Origin: Acidimicrobiia bacterium | Lineage (GTDB): Bacteria; Actinomycetota; Acidimicrobiia; Spongiisociales; SHLN01 | Direction: 5' to 3' | Assembly (NCBI GenBank): GCA_041567895.1 | Contig: JBFGAX010000005.1 | Span: forward strand, 1,818-65,817 | DNA: 64,000 nucleotides | Shown here: positions 27,969 to 38,951 of the stretch, one piece after another | How the letters are laid out: each line of letters starts with the position of its first letter | Position numbering within the stretch: position 1 is the stretch's first letter | Translations under genes and position numbers: made by a program | The notes under the pieces: model-generated | Databases searched by the model: none | The model's input: the letters and a program-made list of their open reading frames with translations, nothing else | What the model was told of the DNA's origin: nothing

Positions 27969-30244
27969 TGGCTGACGGGGTTCAGCCAGGAGGGGCCCAT
28001 CCGGATCGCCTGACCTGCAATCGGACGCTCCACATTGTTGGCTAAGTAGAACGTCTGGTCAGCCGGGCGATAGATTCCGAAGCTCGATTTGCCATCATCA
28101 TTCCAATCGCCGATGACAAACCGGTCTCCCGGTCGTCCGTAAAACGCTTCGATGTCGGCAAACCCCGAGCGGTTCGAATTGCTGACGTACACGAATCCAT
28201 TGGAGGAACGATAGAGGCCGACCGTGTCGATGCCGTCTCCGTCCCAGTCGCCGGCGAATGGAAGGTCGGGCGGTTCACCAAATACGAACTCCTCCTCTGC
28301 GAATCCTTGCGTGTTGCTGTTTCGCAGGTAGAACCTGGCTTCAGACGGTCTGAAGATCCCGATCGTATCGACGCCATCTCCGTTCCAGTCTCCACAAATC
28401 GGGAGATCACCGGGCACTCCGAAGAAGATCTCGACATCCGCCACACCGAAATCGTTTGAGTTTCGAAGATAGAGAAAGCCGGTTTGCGGACGATATAGAC
28501 CAGGCGTTCGAACGCCGTCGCCGTCCCAATCGCACACAACCGGAAGGTCGCCGGGATCCCCATAGTAAAACGGGGTCATCAATCCACCGTCGCTCGAGAG
28601 TGTCCAGAGCCCGGTGCGCGGGTCATGTCGTCCGATCCAATCCTGGTTGACGGGAGGCGTACCGCTGGCAACACGTCCCCATCCGTAGTCGGCGTTTTTA
28701 CCCGAACCCAGAGGAAGCGATGTCGCAGCAGCCGCAAGATCGAGCCGCATCTGCCGCGGCGTCGTGCCGGGAAATGCCTCCAATCGCAGAGCAGCCACGC
28801 CGGCCACGTGAGGAGCCGCTGCCGAGGTCCCCCCAAAACTGCTTCGTGACGCGGTAGTGACGCTCGATGGTCCAACCAGATCAGGTTTGATCCGTCCGTC
28901 GACTGTTGGTCCCCTCCCCGAGAACGCCACGAGTTCGTCGGCGTTATCCCACGGTACCGCCCCAACCGTGATGACCTGCTCGACGTCTGCCGGGACCACA
29001 ATGCTGGAGGCAGCAACCGTATGGGCCAGGTTGAAAGCTCCCATGGCGAAGACGTCGATCCGCGTGCGGGTTTGAGCAAAGGAGCGCCTTTCAATCGTGT
29101 ATCCGATTGGGAAATCTGTCGTCAAGACGTTGGACCAGACGATCTGTTCCTCGAGAGGATCCTCTGGTCCGTTCTGTTGGTTGCGTGAACACGTGATTTC
29201 TCGAACGACCCCGGTCCTCAGGTCGTAGATGCAGAGGTCGAGATCGGCGGTGGGATCGGTCCACGTCAGTGAGATATCGAGGTCAGAACCGGCTTTGACC
29301 GTAAACCGATTCATCTGGTCGCCTGCAGGAAAGAGGTGGCGTCCTTGGAAATCGGTGTAGGAAGCCCCGTAGTGCTGGGTGGCACCATTTCCGGCTGCAT
29401 TGATCCAGATCACACCCGCATCGATCGCATCTTGAACGACTTGTGCCTGAAACGAGGATCCGTCGAAAGGTCCCCGGCTCCATCCTGCCGACATGCTGAT
29501 GATGTCTACGCCCTCGCCGACGAGGTAATCAACCGCGTCCTGAAACTGATCCGTGTCGAAGAAGTTGGCCAATACGAGATCCGCATCCGGAGCGATATCG
29601 TGAATGATTTCGGCTACGGCCACTCCGTGCGAGTTGTCATCGGCCTCCAGCCCATCCTTGTGGAAGCTCTTGTGCCTGATGTCCGACGGCAATTCTTCAC
29701 CCTGAAAATTTCGAAATCCATAAAAACCGGTGTCGAGAATTCCAATGGTGATTCCCTCACCTGTGTAGCCCTTGTCGACCCAGGCTTCGCTATTCAATAA
29801 TGCGAGGCCTTCAGACTCGATCGCGAACGTGTGAGGAGGAGGTACGTACCGGATCGAGGTAGCCGCGCCGGAGGTGAGCATCGCTCGTAGCTCGATCGGT
29901 GTGGCGTACACGATGTCGGCGCCATCGCTATCCGTCGAATGGGGACCGAAACCTGACCGTTGCCCCTCGTTAGATCCGACGACAACCTCGGCGGCAATCA
30001 CGCGATCTTCAGGCACGGCTCCCAGGAAATCGCCGGGGTGACCCACCACTCTTGGTTGACGCGGCGGAACCGGTGCGGGCCGGTCCCATATCACCGCGTC
30101 CCGTTCAGCGGGCGTGGCCTGAGTCGCTTCCACAGGTGGTGCCATCAAAACGAGAGCAACCACCATCGCCGCGGTGAAACCGAAGACGTACGGCGCGAGC
30201 CGCAGCGACCGCTGGTGCGGTTGAGCGATAGGGAAACGCGACAT
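27965..30244 (-). CDS. Secreted S8 (subtilase) serine peptidase with C-terminal GDWDGDG repeats
   Basis: ILDTG, HGVAVAE, NAAGN, GTSAAAPHVAG; four G/C-DW-(D/N)-(G/D)-DG repeats. Confidence 0.92.
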   Translation of the reverse strand: MSRFPIAQPHQRSLRLAPYVFGFTAAMVVALVLMAPPVEATQATPAERDAVIWDRPAPVPPRQPRVVGHPGDFLGAVPEDRVIAAEVVVGSNEGQRSGFGPHSTDSDGADIVYATPIELRAMLTSGAATSIRYVPPPHTFAIESEGLALLNSEAWVDKGYTGEGITIGILDTGFYGFRNFQGEELPSDIRHKSFHKDGLEADDNSHGVAVAEIIHDIAPDADLVLANFFDTDQFQDAVDYLVGEGVDIISMSAGWSRGPFDGSSFQAQVVQDAIDAGVIWINAAGNGATQHYGASYTDFQGRHLFPAGDQMNRFTVKAGSDLDISLTWTDPTADLDLCIYDLRTGVVREITCSRNQQNGPEDPLEEQIVWSNVLTTDFPIGYTIERRSFAQTRTRIDVFAMGAFNLAHTVAASSIVVPADVEQVITVGAVPWDNADELVAFSGRGPTVDGRIKPDLVGPSSVTTASRSSFGGTSAAAPHVAGVAALRLEAFPGTTPRQMRLDLAAAATSLPLGSGKNADYGWGRVASGTPPVNQDWIGRHDPRTGLWTLSSDGGLMTPFYYGDPGDLPVVCDWDGDGVRTPGLYRPQTGFLYLRNSNDFGVADVEIFFGVPGDLPICGDWNGDGVDTIGIFRPSEARFYLRNSNTQGFAEEEFVFGEPPDLPFAGDWDGDGIDTVGLYRSSNGFVYVSNSNRSGFADIEAFYGRPGDRFVIGDWNDDGKSSFGIYRPADQTFYLANNVERPIAGQAIRMGPSWLNPVSH

Positions 30245-30387
30245 GGCGGACTCGAGACCGGCATCCGTGAGAGGAGGAAGCCATTGACTGCAATAATGCG
30301 CCCGGCGGGCGCCTCATAACGTTACCCACGGATCAACACGCGACCTATAGGTCCAGAGTCCGTTTCGAGGTCAGGTAGACCGGTGAG

Positions 30388-32349
30388 TTAGTAGCGGCTG
30401 GCTACGGCAATCGTCCGGCTTTCGCCATCGCTGCCCAATGAGCCGATTGCAGCGCCGCCGCCGCCGCCGGATCCCCCGTTGAGTGCACGACCCCACTGCC
30501 AGCGCTCGTTGTGGCCGAACAGAATCGCTCCAACGCCGGCATCGGCTGCGGCTTGTGCATCGGCCTCAACTGCCCAACCGGGAACGCCTTCACCGTCGGG
30601 TGAGTCGCACCAGCTCGGGCTGATGTTCTCGTATCGGAGCTCTCCGGCGTAGATCGGCTTCGGTGATTGATTGACGGCGTCGGCCAGTTGCTGATAGGTG
30701 GTGCTTGCGTTCTGACAGTGACCGGTTTGTGCGGCAACGAAATCGGCCCACCACTCGTTTACGAAGCGAAGGTGCCCATTGCTTCCTGCATAGGCGGGCG
30801 AGTGATAGCCAACCTTCTGATTCGCTCCCGCTTCTCGTAGCCCGGACACCATGTTCGCCCAGATCTGCGGGTCTTCGACACCAATGAAGTTGTCTCCGCC
30901 TGCGACCCAGTGCGCGATGGCGCCGTGGTCACCGAACGCCTGCCCAAGATCGAAGCCGAGCTGCCAGGCATTACCGGCATGGAGGCTCCCATCGTTCGCA
31001 TACTTGTTGGCCCAGATCATCACAAACCCGATCTTTTGATTGTGTCTCTGAGCCGCGTCGAGAATCCCGCGCATGTGATTGATGTATCCCTGGTTGAGGT
31101 AGAAGCGGTCTCCCCAACCACCGGTCGCCACGGGGTCACCGTTGACGTTCGTACCACCGATACCTCCGTTTATGTGGTTGAAATATGACAGCCAGGCACC
31201 CGTGAATCCGGCGCGATTGAGATGAGCGAAATACTGGTCGGCTTCGCTGAGCGTGGCGAAAACGGGCATCTCCCATGCTGTGTCGTAAACCGGGATCCCG
31301 GGTCGCGAGGAAGGCGCAGAGATCGGCGTGGGCGTAGGATCGGGGGCAGTGTCAGGCGCGGGAGCCGGTGCCGGTGTTGCTGGTGCGGGCGCTGCCGGGG
31401 CTGGTGCTGGTGCAGGAGCCGGGGCCGGGTCCGGGTCGCTCGGCGGGTTGACCTTCGGGGCGGGCGCGATGGCAGCATCGGCGGTGATCAGCGCCTTTCC
31501 GATATCAACCGTGATTGAGGGAGCCGGACCATCGTCAACGACCACTGGCTTCGAGATCGCCCCGACGCCGTCATCCGGATTCCAGTCTCCCGCTGCCGGG
31601 ATGCCACTCACTCCCTCGAGGGAGACGACATATTCCGTCGGCTCTGCGTCGATTTCGCCAAGAAATGTCATCTGCTTGATCACAGAGCGGTAGAGACCGA
31701 TCGATTCGGATCCGTCCGAATCCCAATCTCCCACAATCACATTGTCGACATTGAATCCCATGTATCCGATCCACGCCGGGTCGCCTCCGCTCATGTCTTT
31801 GGCTATCGAGATCAATCCGGTCGACGGATGGTGTACACCGACCTGGTCAATGCCATCTCCGTCGAAGTCGCCTGCGAAAGCTCGCCCGGACGTTCCGCCA
31901 TACTCGAATACCTCATCGGCATAGCCCTGGACATTGGTATTGCGTATATAGAAGCGACCGTCTCCGGGGCGGTAGACAGAGATGGTGTCGATTCCGTCTC
32001 CGTCCCAGTCACCGCAAATAGCCTGATCGCCGGGGATTCCGTAATAGAGCTCGGCTTCGGCAACCGCCCCGTCGTTCTGGTTGCGAAGTGAGAAAATGCC
32101 AGTGGCGGTCTCGTAGGCCCCGACGGTATCGGTTCCGTCACTGTTCCAGTCACACATGAGTGGAATGTCACCGGGCGAACCGAAGTAGAAATCTGTAGTT
32201 CCCGGTACTGTCCAGCGCGTGGTGACCGGATTGAAGAATGCCACATCTGAGCCGTGCGACGGATCGTCGGCAAACGCCGACCCACTCGCGACGATGAGAG
32301 CCGCTACCACGGCTGAAATTGCAAGACCCCCCAAGGTCTTCTGTCGCAT
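30388..32349 (-). CDS. Secreted protein: N-terminal GDWDGDG repeats, Pro/Ala linker and a TIM-barrel glycoside hydrolase-like domain (DUF4038/apiosidase-like)
   Basis: Signal peptide MRQKTLGG...AFA; four repeats; DTAWE, WVAGGD, YH, QTGH, GELRYE motifs. Confidence 0.75.
   Translation of the reverse strand: MRQKTLGGLAISAVVAALIVASGSAFADDPSHGSDVAFFNPVTTRWTVPGTTDFYFGSPGDIPLMCDWNSDGTDTVGAYETATGIFSLRNQNDGAVAEAELYYGIPGDQAICGDWDGDGIDTISVYRPGDGRFYIRNTNVQGYADEVFEYGGTSGRAFAGDFDGDGIDQVGVHHPSTGLISIAKDMSGGDPAWIGYMGFNVDNVIVGDWDSDGSESIGLYRSVIKQMTFLGEIDAEPTEYVVSLEGVSGIPAAGDWNPDDGVGAISKPVVVDDGPAPSITVDIGKALITADAAIAPAPKVNPPSDPDPAPAPAPAPAPAAPAPATPAPAPAPDTAPDPTPTPISAPSSRPGIPVYDTAWEMPVFATLSEADQYFAHLNRAGFTGAWLSYFNHINGGIGGTNVNGDPVATGGWGDRFYLNQGYINHMRGILDAAQRHNQKIGFVMIWANKYANDGSLHAGNAWQLGFDLGQAFGDHGAIAHWVAGGDNFIGVEDPQIWANMVSGLREAGANQKVGYHSPAYAGSNGHLRFVNEWWADFVAAQTGHCQNASTTYQQLADAVNQSPKPIYAGELRYENISPSWCDSPDGEGVPGWAVEADAQAAADAGVGAILFGHNERWQWGRALNGGSGGGGGAAIGSLGSDGESRTIAVASRY
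31320..31470 (-). repeat. Pro/Ala low-complexity linker
   Basis: PDPAPAPAPAPAPAAPAPATPAPAPAP. Confidence 0.8.
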
Positions 32350-32548
32350 CGACACGCGCTCCTCTATGTAGGACTTCTCTAAGTGGCGTTGTGTGCTCCG
32401 GCATCCTTCGGCACAGGTCGCGATTTCCTTTACCCCATACGCGCTGGAAATGTTCCCCAGCAATCGGCGCGGTGTTCGGTCGGTGCTTCCTGCGTGACGA
32501 GCGACGCAGGGTGCGGTAACGTCGGAGAAACGCCTGACAGAAGGAACC

Positions 32549-34093
32549 ATGGTTGTAGTCACCAGCCCGCATCCGGATATCGAAGTTCCCACGATGCCTC
32601 TCACGGATTATGTGATGTCCGGTGCGGACGCACTATCCGACAAAGCCGCGTTCGTGGATGGTCCATCCGGGCGCACAATCACGTTCGGGCAACTCAGCCA
32701 ACAGATCTCAAACATGGCCGGAAATCTGGCTGCCCGGGGCCTGGGCCCCGGCGACGTTGCCGCGATCCTGGCCTCGAATGTTCCTGAGTATGTCGTGATG
32801 TTTCACGGCAGCATCAAGGCCGGGATGACAGTTACAACGGTCAATCCGACCTATACGGTCGATGAGATCGTCCACCAACTCAAAGATGCCGGAGCCCGGA
32901 TCCTCTTCACCGTGTCCCCGTTCATGCCGCAGGCGCTGGCGGCAGCGTCGGAATCGGGAATTGAAGAAATCGTGGTTCTGGGCGAAGTTGAGGAAAACGC
33001 TACGCCGTATTCGGAGCTCCTCGTCGACGCCCAACCGCCGACCGTCCACTTTGATCCTGCTACCCACGTCGCAGTGTTGCCGTATTCGAGTGGTACGACC
33101 GGTCTATCCAAGGGTGTGATGCTGACCCATCAGAACCTCACCGCCAACCTTGCTCAGACATCGGTGCCATTGGACATGAGCGCCGATGATGTGCTGATCG
33201 GCGTACTGCCGTTCTTTCATATCTACGGCATGATCGTCATCATGAATATGGCCATGTTGCATGGTGCGACGGTCATCACCATGCCCCGTTTTGACCTCGT
33301 GGAATTTCTCGAGCTCGTTCAGAAACATCGGGTCAGCATCGCGCTTTTGGTTCCGCCAATCATCCTGGCCCTTGCCAATCATCCTGTGATCGATCAGTAC
33401 GACACGACCTCGCTGCGGCTGGTCTTCTCCGGCGCGGCTCCTCTTGGATCGGATCTGGCAGATGCTTGTGCCAAGCGGATCCAATGTGATGTGACTCAAG
33501 GCTACGGATTGACCGAGGCCAGTCCCGTTACCCATTCAACCCCGACCGGGCAACGTCGCCCGGGTTCGGTGGGACCGGCTCTTCCCAATACCGAGTCTCG
33601 CGTCGTCGATCCGGAAACCGGAATCGACGTCGAACCCGGAGAAACGGGCGAGTTATGGGTGAAAGGCCCGCAGGTGATGACGGGCTATCTGAACAATCAG
33701 GAAGCCACCGCCATGACAATTGATGAGGAAGGCTGGCTCCACACAGGCGATATCGCCATGTACGACGATGAAGGATGGTTCTACATCGTCGACCGGCTCA
33801 AGGAGCTGATCAAGTACAAGGGCTTTCAGGTGCCACCCGCAGAACTCGAGGCGCTACTCATCACGCATCCCGCCGTCGTCGACGTGGCTGTTATTCCCAA
33901 GCCGGACGCAGAAGCAGGAGAAGTCCCCAAGGCTTTCGTGGTTGTGAATCAGGACGTGACGCCTGACGAGATCAAAGAGTTTGTCGTCGGGAAAGTGGCA
34001 ACGTACAAAGAGATCCAGGACGTGGAGTTCGTCGACGAAATCCCGAAGTCGGCTTCAGGAAAGATCCTGCGTCGCGTTCTACGCGAGCGGTAA
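32549..34093 (+). CDS. 4-coumarate--CoA ligase-like acyl-CoA synthetase
   Basis: YSSGTTGLSKG, QGYGLTE, GELWVKGPQVM, LHTGD, DRLKELIKYKG, KSASGKILR. Confidence 0.92.
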   Translation: MVVVTSPHPDIEVPTMPLTDYVMSGADALSDKAAFVDGPSGRTITFGQLSQQISNMAGNLAARGLGPGDVAAILASNVPEYVVMFHGSIKAGMTVTTVNPTYTVDEIVHQLKDAGARILFTVSPFMPQALAAASESGIEEIVVLGEVEENATPYSELLVDAQPPTVHFDPATHVAVLPYSSGTTGLSKGVMLTHQNLTANLAQTSVPLDMSADDVLIGVLPFFHIYGMIVIMNMAMLHGATVITMPRFDLVEFLELVQKHRVSIALLVPPIILALANHPVIDQYDTTSLRLVFSGAAPLGSDLADACAKRIQCDVTQGYGLTEASPVTHSTPTGQRRPGSVGPALPNTESRVVDPETGIDVEPGETGELWVKGPQVMTGYLNNQEATAMTIDEEGWLHTGDIAMYDDEGWFYIVDRLKELIKYKGFQVPPAELEALLITHPAVVDVAVIPKPDAEAGEVPKAFVVVNQDVTPDEIKEFVVGKVATYKEIQDVEFVDEIPKSASGKILRRVLRER

Positions 34094-34099
34094 CCCGTC

Positions 34100-37000
34100 C
34101 TAGCGAGCGAGTGCTCTCACCTGGCGGGCGGCCACCATGAGCGAGTCAAGGTCTGAACCTCCGTCGTGCTTGAGCATGTCCAGGAATCGGTCCAGGCGCT
34201 CGTGACGCTCGGCACGTTGAGCAACGTAGGAGTCGACGGCTTCGGCCGGCGACATCCCGTCTCCACTCGCCATGATCCACTCCGACAGATCTCGTCGGAG
34301 CCGTTCGAGATCACTTTCGAACGACCGGATCGCCCAGCGTTGCCAACGATTTCCCGGAACCAACCGCTCGGCCTGGCGCTGCAACCAATCGATACGGTAT
34401 CGATCACCCACAACCAGGAACAACTCGGCAACCTTGTTGACATCCCAGCCGGTCGCACTCGCAACCTGAATGATGTCAGGCGCCAGAACCAATTCCTGAT
34501 GATAGACATGACGAACTGCAATCTGTTCCGGCACTCCCACAGCGACAAGGCGCATGATTTCGCGTTCGAGGTCCGTCCGTTTTTCTTCCGGAACGAGAGC
34601 GGGCAACGACGCCTCGAGATCTCTGAACGCTGATCGCGCACCATCGAGATCGTCCAAACGGGGCATGCGCTCCGGCTGCGCCAAAAACCAGCGGGTGATG
34701 GCTTCTACGAGTTCATCGATGGCCTCGAGCAGCTGGCGTTGAATAGCAGGGTCGGAACTGGCGTCGAGACGTTCGATTTCGCTCCACCGATGTTGTGCAT
34801 CGACCAGGCTATGGGCCACCCGGTATGCCTTCACGACTTCTGCCCTGGTCGAACCCGTTTCCATCTGCAGGCGATTGACGAACGTGACACCCTGATCATT
34901 GATTACGCGGTTGGCGATGACCGTGGCCACGATCTCCCTGCGAAGCGGATGTTCCCACAGCAGATGTCCGAAGCGCTCAACCGCCAACTCCGGAAAGTAG
35001 TCACGCAGAACTCCCATGACGTCGGGTTGATCGGGGATGTCAGACTCCACGACGGCGAACGTGAGGTCCTGCTTGGCGTACGCCAGCAGCACGGCCAACT
35101 CGGGACGATAGAGACCTTCACCGTCGCGACTGCGGTCTTCGAGCTCATCTAGTTTGGGGAGACCCTCCAGCTTACGGCTGAGTAGCTTGTGCCGTTCGAG
35201 TGTCTTCATCAGGTCCTCATACGCTTCTAGGTGACCCGCTGATGTAGCAACCTCCTGCGACAGAATCTGGGCCTGTTCGAAGTTGTCATAGAGAACCCTC
35301 TTCACAACGCCCTCGGTCATTTTTTCGATCAAATCAGTCCGTTCCTCCGCCGCAAGCTCACCTCGCTCGATGGCGAGGCTGAGGAGGATCTTGAGGTTGA
35401 CCTCACGGTCTGAACAATCGACACCTCCCGAGTTGTCGATGAAATCGGTGTTGATTGCCCCGCCCTTGCGAGCGAATTCGATCCGCCCTGCCTGAGTGAA
35501 CCCGAGGTTGCCACCCTCACCGACGACCCAGCATCTCAAATCGACACCGTCTACCCGTACGGCATCATTGGTACGGTCGTCGCATTCGATGTGTGTCTCT
35601 GTAGAAGCTTTGACATACGTTCCCACACCGCCGTTCCAGAGGAGATCAACCGGAGCGACGAGCACGGCCCGGATGAGCTCATCCGGCGTCAGAGCGTCAG
35701 CCTCGATCTTGAGAGCCTCGCGAACCTGTGGCGAGAGATCGATCTTTTTGGCTTGGCGGCTGTAAACACCCCCGCCTTCAGAAATCAGAGATCGGTCGTA
35801 GTCCTACCAACTCGATCTCGGCATTTCGAACAGGCGACGCCGCTCCTCGTAGCTGAGATGCGGATGAGGATCGGGATCGAGAAATATGTCGCGATGATCG
35901 AATGCCGCCAGCAGCTTGAAGTTCTGGGACTGCAGCAATCCATTTCCGAACACGTCGCCGGACATATCTCCAATTCCCGCTACCGAGATGATCTGTCTCG
36001 TCGCATCGGTTCCGAGGTCTGCGAAATGTCGCTTCACGGACTCCCAGGCTCCCCTTGCGGTAATCGCCAGAGCTTTGTGGTCGTATCCGGCCGAGCCGCC
36101 AGAAGCGAATGCATCACCGAGCCAAAACCCGTATTCGGCCGCAATCGCGTTTGCGGTGTCAGACATCGCAGCTGTGCCTTTGTCGGCCGCGACCACGAAG
36201 TAGGGATCGTCGCCATCATGCCTACGCACGTTCGGAGGAGGCACGATCCTTCCATCTACCAGATTGTCAGTGAGATCCAACAGCCCCTTCACAAACGTGA
36301 TATAGCCGGATTTGACGACATCGCGAAGATCACTGCCATCCTCGGGAATGGTTCTCAGAACGAAACCACCTTTTGCACCCGTGGGAACAATCACGGTGTT
36401 CTTCGTCATTTGGGCCTTCATCAAACCAAGTACCTCAGCGCGATAATCCTCACGACGGGTCGACCAGCGCAACCCACCCCGAGCCACCATGCCGCCGCGC
36501 AGATGAACTCCCTCGACGTCCCTGGTGTACACGAATATCTCGTAGAGCGGAACCGGCTGAGGCATTCCCGGCACCAGCGCGGAGTAGAACTTGAACGACA
36601 GGCTCTCCGCATCGGGCCTGAAGGCGCTCGTCCGCACGGTTGCCATGATGAGCTGATAGAAGCTGCGAAGAATCCTGTCCTCGTCCAGAGAGGTAATGCG
36701 ATCGAGGCCTTCCAGGATTTCATCCTCGATGGCCTGAGTCTCGGGCTCCCCACCGGCGGGATTGAATCGAGTCTCAAAGAGGCGAACCAGACGCTGGGCG
36801 GTGTTCGGATGGGCGGCGAACGTGTCATTCACGTAACGAACCGTGAAACCAGGAACGACGCGACTCCAATAGGTTCGGTACGCACGCAAAATGCCGACTT
36901 GCCGATACGTCAGATTCGAGCTGACCACCAACCGATCGAGAGAGTCCGACTCGGCCTCACCCTGTAGCACGGCGAGCACCAGGTCGACGATCCTGGGCCC

Positions 37001-38839
37001 GGAGCCCTCGACATCCAGTGGGCTTCCATCTCGATTCAGGACACCGAAATCGTGGATGTAGATCGGTCCACTCTTCTCCTTGACCTTCGTCTTTTTCTCT
37101 TCGACGATGCGCAATCCGAGCGCTTCGAGAACCGGCAGAATTGTTGAGAGCTCCATCCGAGCGTCGCGACCGTAGACGGCGAGTCTGGTGAGCGCTTCCT
37201 CTTGATCGTCGTTCTGGATGCCGACCGCCAGCTTGGTATCGGCCTCAACCATTGATTCCAGGCGGAGGAGATCGCCAGATGCAACGAGCAGGCTGGTGGA
37301 CGACTTGTAATAGTCGGGCAGAGCGCTCGCCCACCGCTCAACCACATCCGGCCCAACGCCGTGAACGGATTGCAGCGTTGCCGTCAACCGGTCATCCCAC
37401 GTTCGCGAAAGATCGATGACTTCCTGTTCGAGCGCTTCATAGGAGACTTCTGGAACCTGGCCCGCGTCGATCCACACGGTGAAGTGAATTCGGGCTGAAC
37501 CCGCCTCACCGAGAGCGAGCTGGTAGTCCACCGCCGAACCTCCAAAACGCTCTTTGAACAGGGCCTGGAGATCCTTACGAAGCCGCGCGTTGAAGCGATC
37601 TCGCGGCAGCACCACCATCACCGACACGCTCCTCGCCAGGAGATCGGGGCGAACAAAGAGTCGAACCTGTTCTTTGCGCTCGGTTGCCAGCAATCCGTGG
37701 ATGGTCTTGCGAAGATCCTCGACGGGAACCGAGAAGAGTTCGTCTTTCGGGAAACTGTTGAAAACCTGGATGACGGCCTTGTGATCGTGTGACCCCTTGA
37801 TGAGGTCTTCCGCATCCATGACGTCCTGGAGTTTCTCGGCGAGAATGGGAATGGCGGCAGACTCGGTCATCAACGCCCGTGATGTGAACAGGCCAACCAT
37901 GCGCGCCTCGCCGACTACCTCCCCCGCCTCGTCGATGTGCCGGACACCCACATAGTCCATGCGGGCACGCCGATGCACAGTAGACACACCGTTGGTTTTG
38001 GCTATCACGCACAAAAATCCCGACTCGTAACGCTCCCGGACAGGTTGCGGCAGGTCTGAGAGCAGAACCGGTTCTTCATACTTTGACTGGCCCGGCTTTG
38101 AGAGAATGCCCAAACCTGTTTCCGGTGCGACGACGAGCGCCTTGCCCGCATCGGTGTCAATAATCTTGTATTCGCGATACCCGAGAAACACGAAATTGAG
38201 ATCGCGCATCCATTCCAGAAATCGAACCGCAACAGCGATGTCGTCGTAGGAGTAGCGGGCGGATGCGCCTTTTGCGATCTGAATCATCCGATCGACGGCG
38301 TCCTCCATCTTGTGGAAATCGCGCACGGCAAGCCGGACATCCCCTAGAACCCGGCTGATGGCGGCCTCCAGGTCGCGTTGTTCGGAAATACTCGGTGCCT
38401 CATCGAGCACGTAATGCTGCACAGACTCGGTGTGTTCGGCGTCACGAGCCTTGGTGACTTCGAGCAGATTTCCGTCTCCGTCCCGAACCGTCCCGATGAC
38501 TGCTCTGGCGTCCCATTCGACGCTGTACCCCGCTTCTTCAAACACCGCCGTGACAGAATCGACCAGGAATGGGGAATCGTCTATGACGATGTCGACGACT
38601 GCTGTTTCACTGTCGTACCCGTGGCTATCCATCGTCGGAACGCTCACCCGAACTGCGAGTTCCTGATTCCCACGATCGTTGACGAACCTGTACATCTCAT
38701 CGATGACCGCCACGAGGCTCTCACGACCGGACGCATCCTTGAAGTCGTCAGGAAGGCGCCTCGCGAAGATGGCCGAAAATTGACCGTGTGGATCTAGCGC
38801 CGTGGTGGCCGCCTGTGAAGCTTCACCTTGATCCTGCAT
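34100..38839 (-). pseudogene. gdh: Large NAD-glutamate dehydrogenase (about 1580 codons) interrupted by one in-frame TAG at 35804-35806
   Basis: The two ORFs are in the same frame; RGGLRWS, KNTVIVPTGAKGG, AADKGTA, GDMSGDVFGNG; the frame reads PRSSW*DYDRSLISEGGGVY then LLWNGGVGTYVK, EGGNLG, DNSGGVDCSD. Functional status is uncertain. Confidence 0.8.
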
Positions 38840-38951
38840 CGCTACTTTCGCAACCGCGTCCTGCTAACGCTACCAGGCCGCCAGTTTGAGTTGTCGGTTA
38901 CCGATACCGTCGGCACCTCGGACATCAAAGCTGAGGAATCACGGCTGGGCG

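Noticed and set aside
32350-32548. Riboswitch in the long intergenic regions (also 49303-49496 and 1818-2031)
   Set aside because: No match by eye to c-di-GMP, c-di-AMP, SAM, TPP or cobalamin consensus elements; an Rfam scan would be needed
35591-36967. 458-aa + strand ORF and similar long alternative ORFs (4859-5758, 42338-43384, 50941-51915, 53826-54776, 61668-62573)
   Set aside because: They are antisense or off-frame shadows of well-supported genes in GC-rich DNA and have no recognisable motifs
34100-38839. Genome-wide amber recoding
   Set aside because: Many genes in the window end at TAG at the expected C-terminus (recR, pfkA, tadA)
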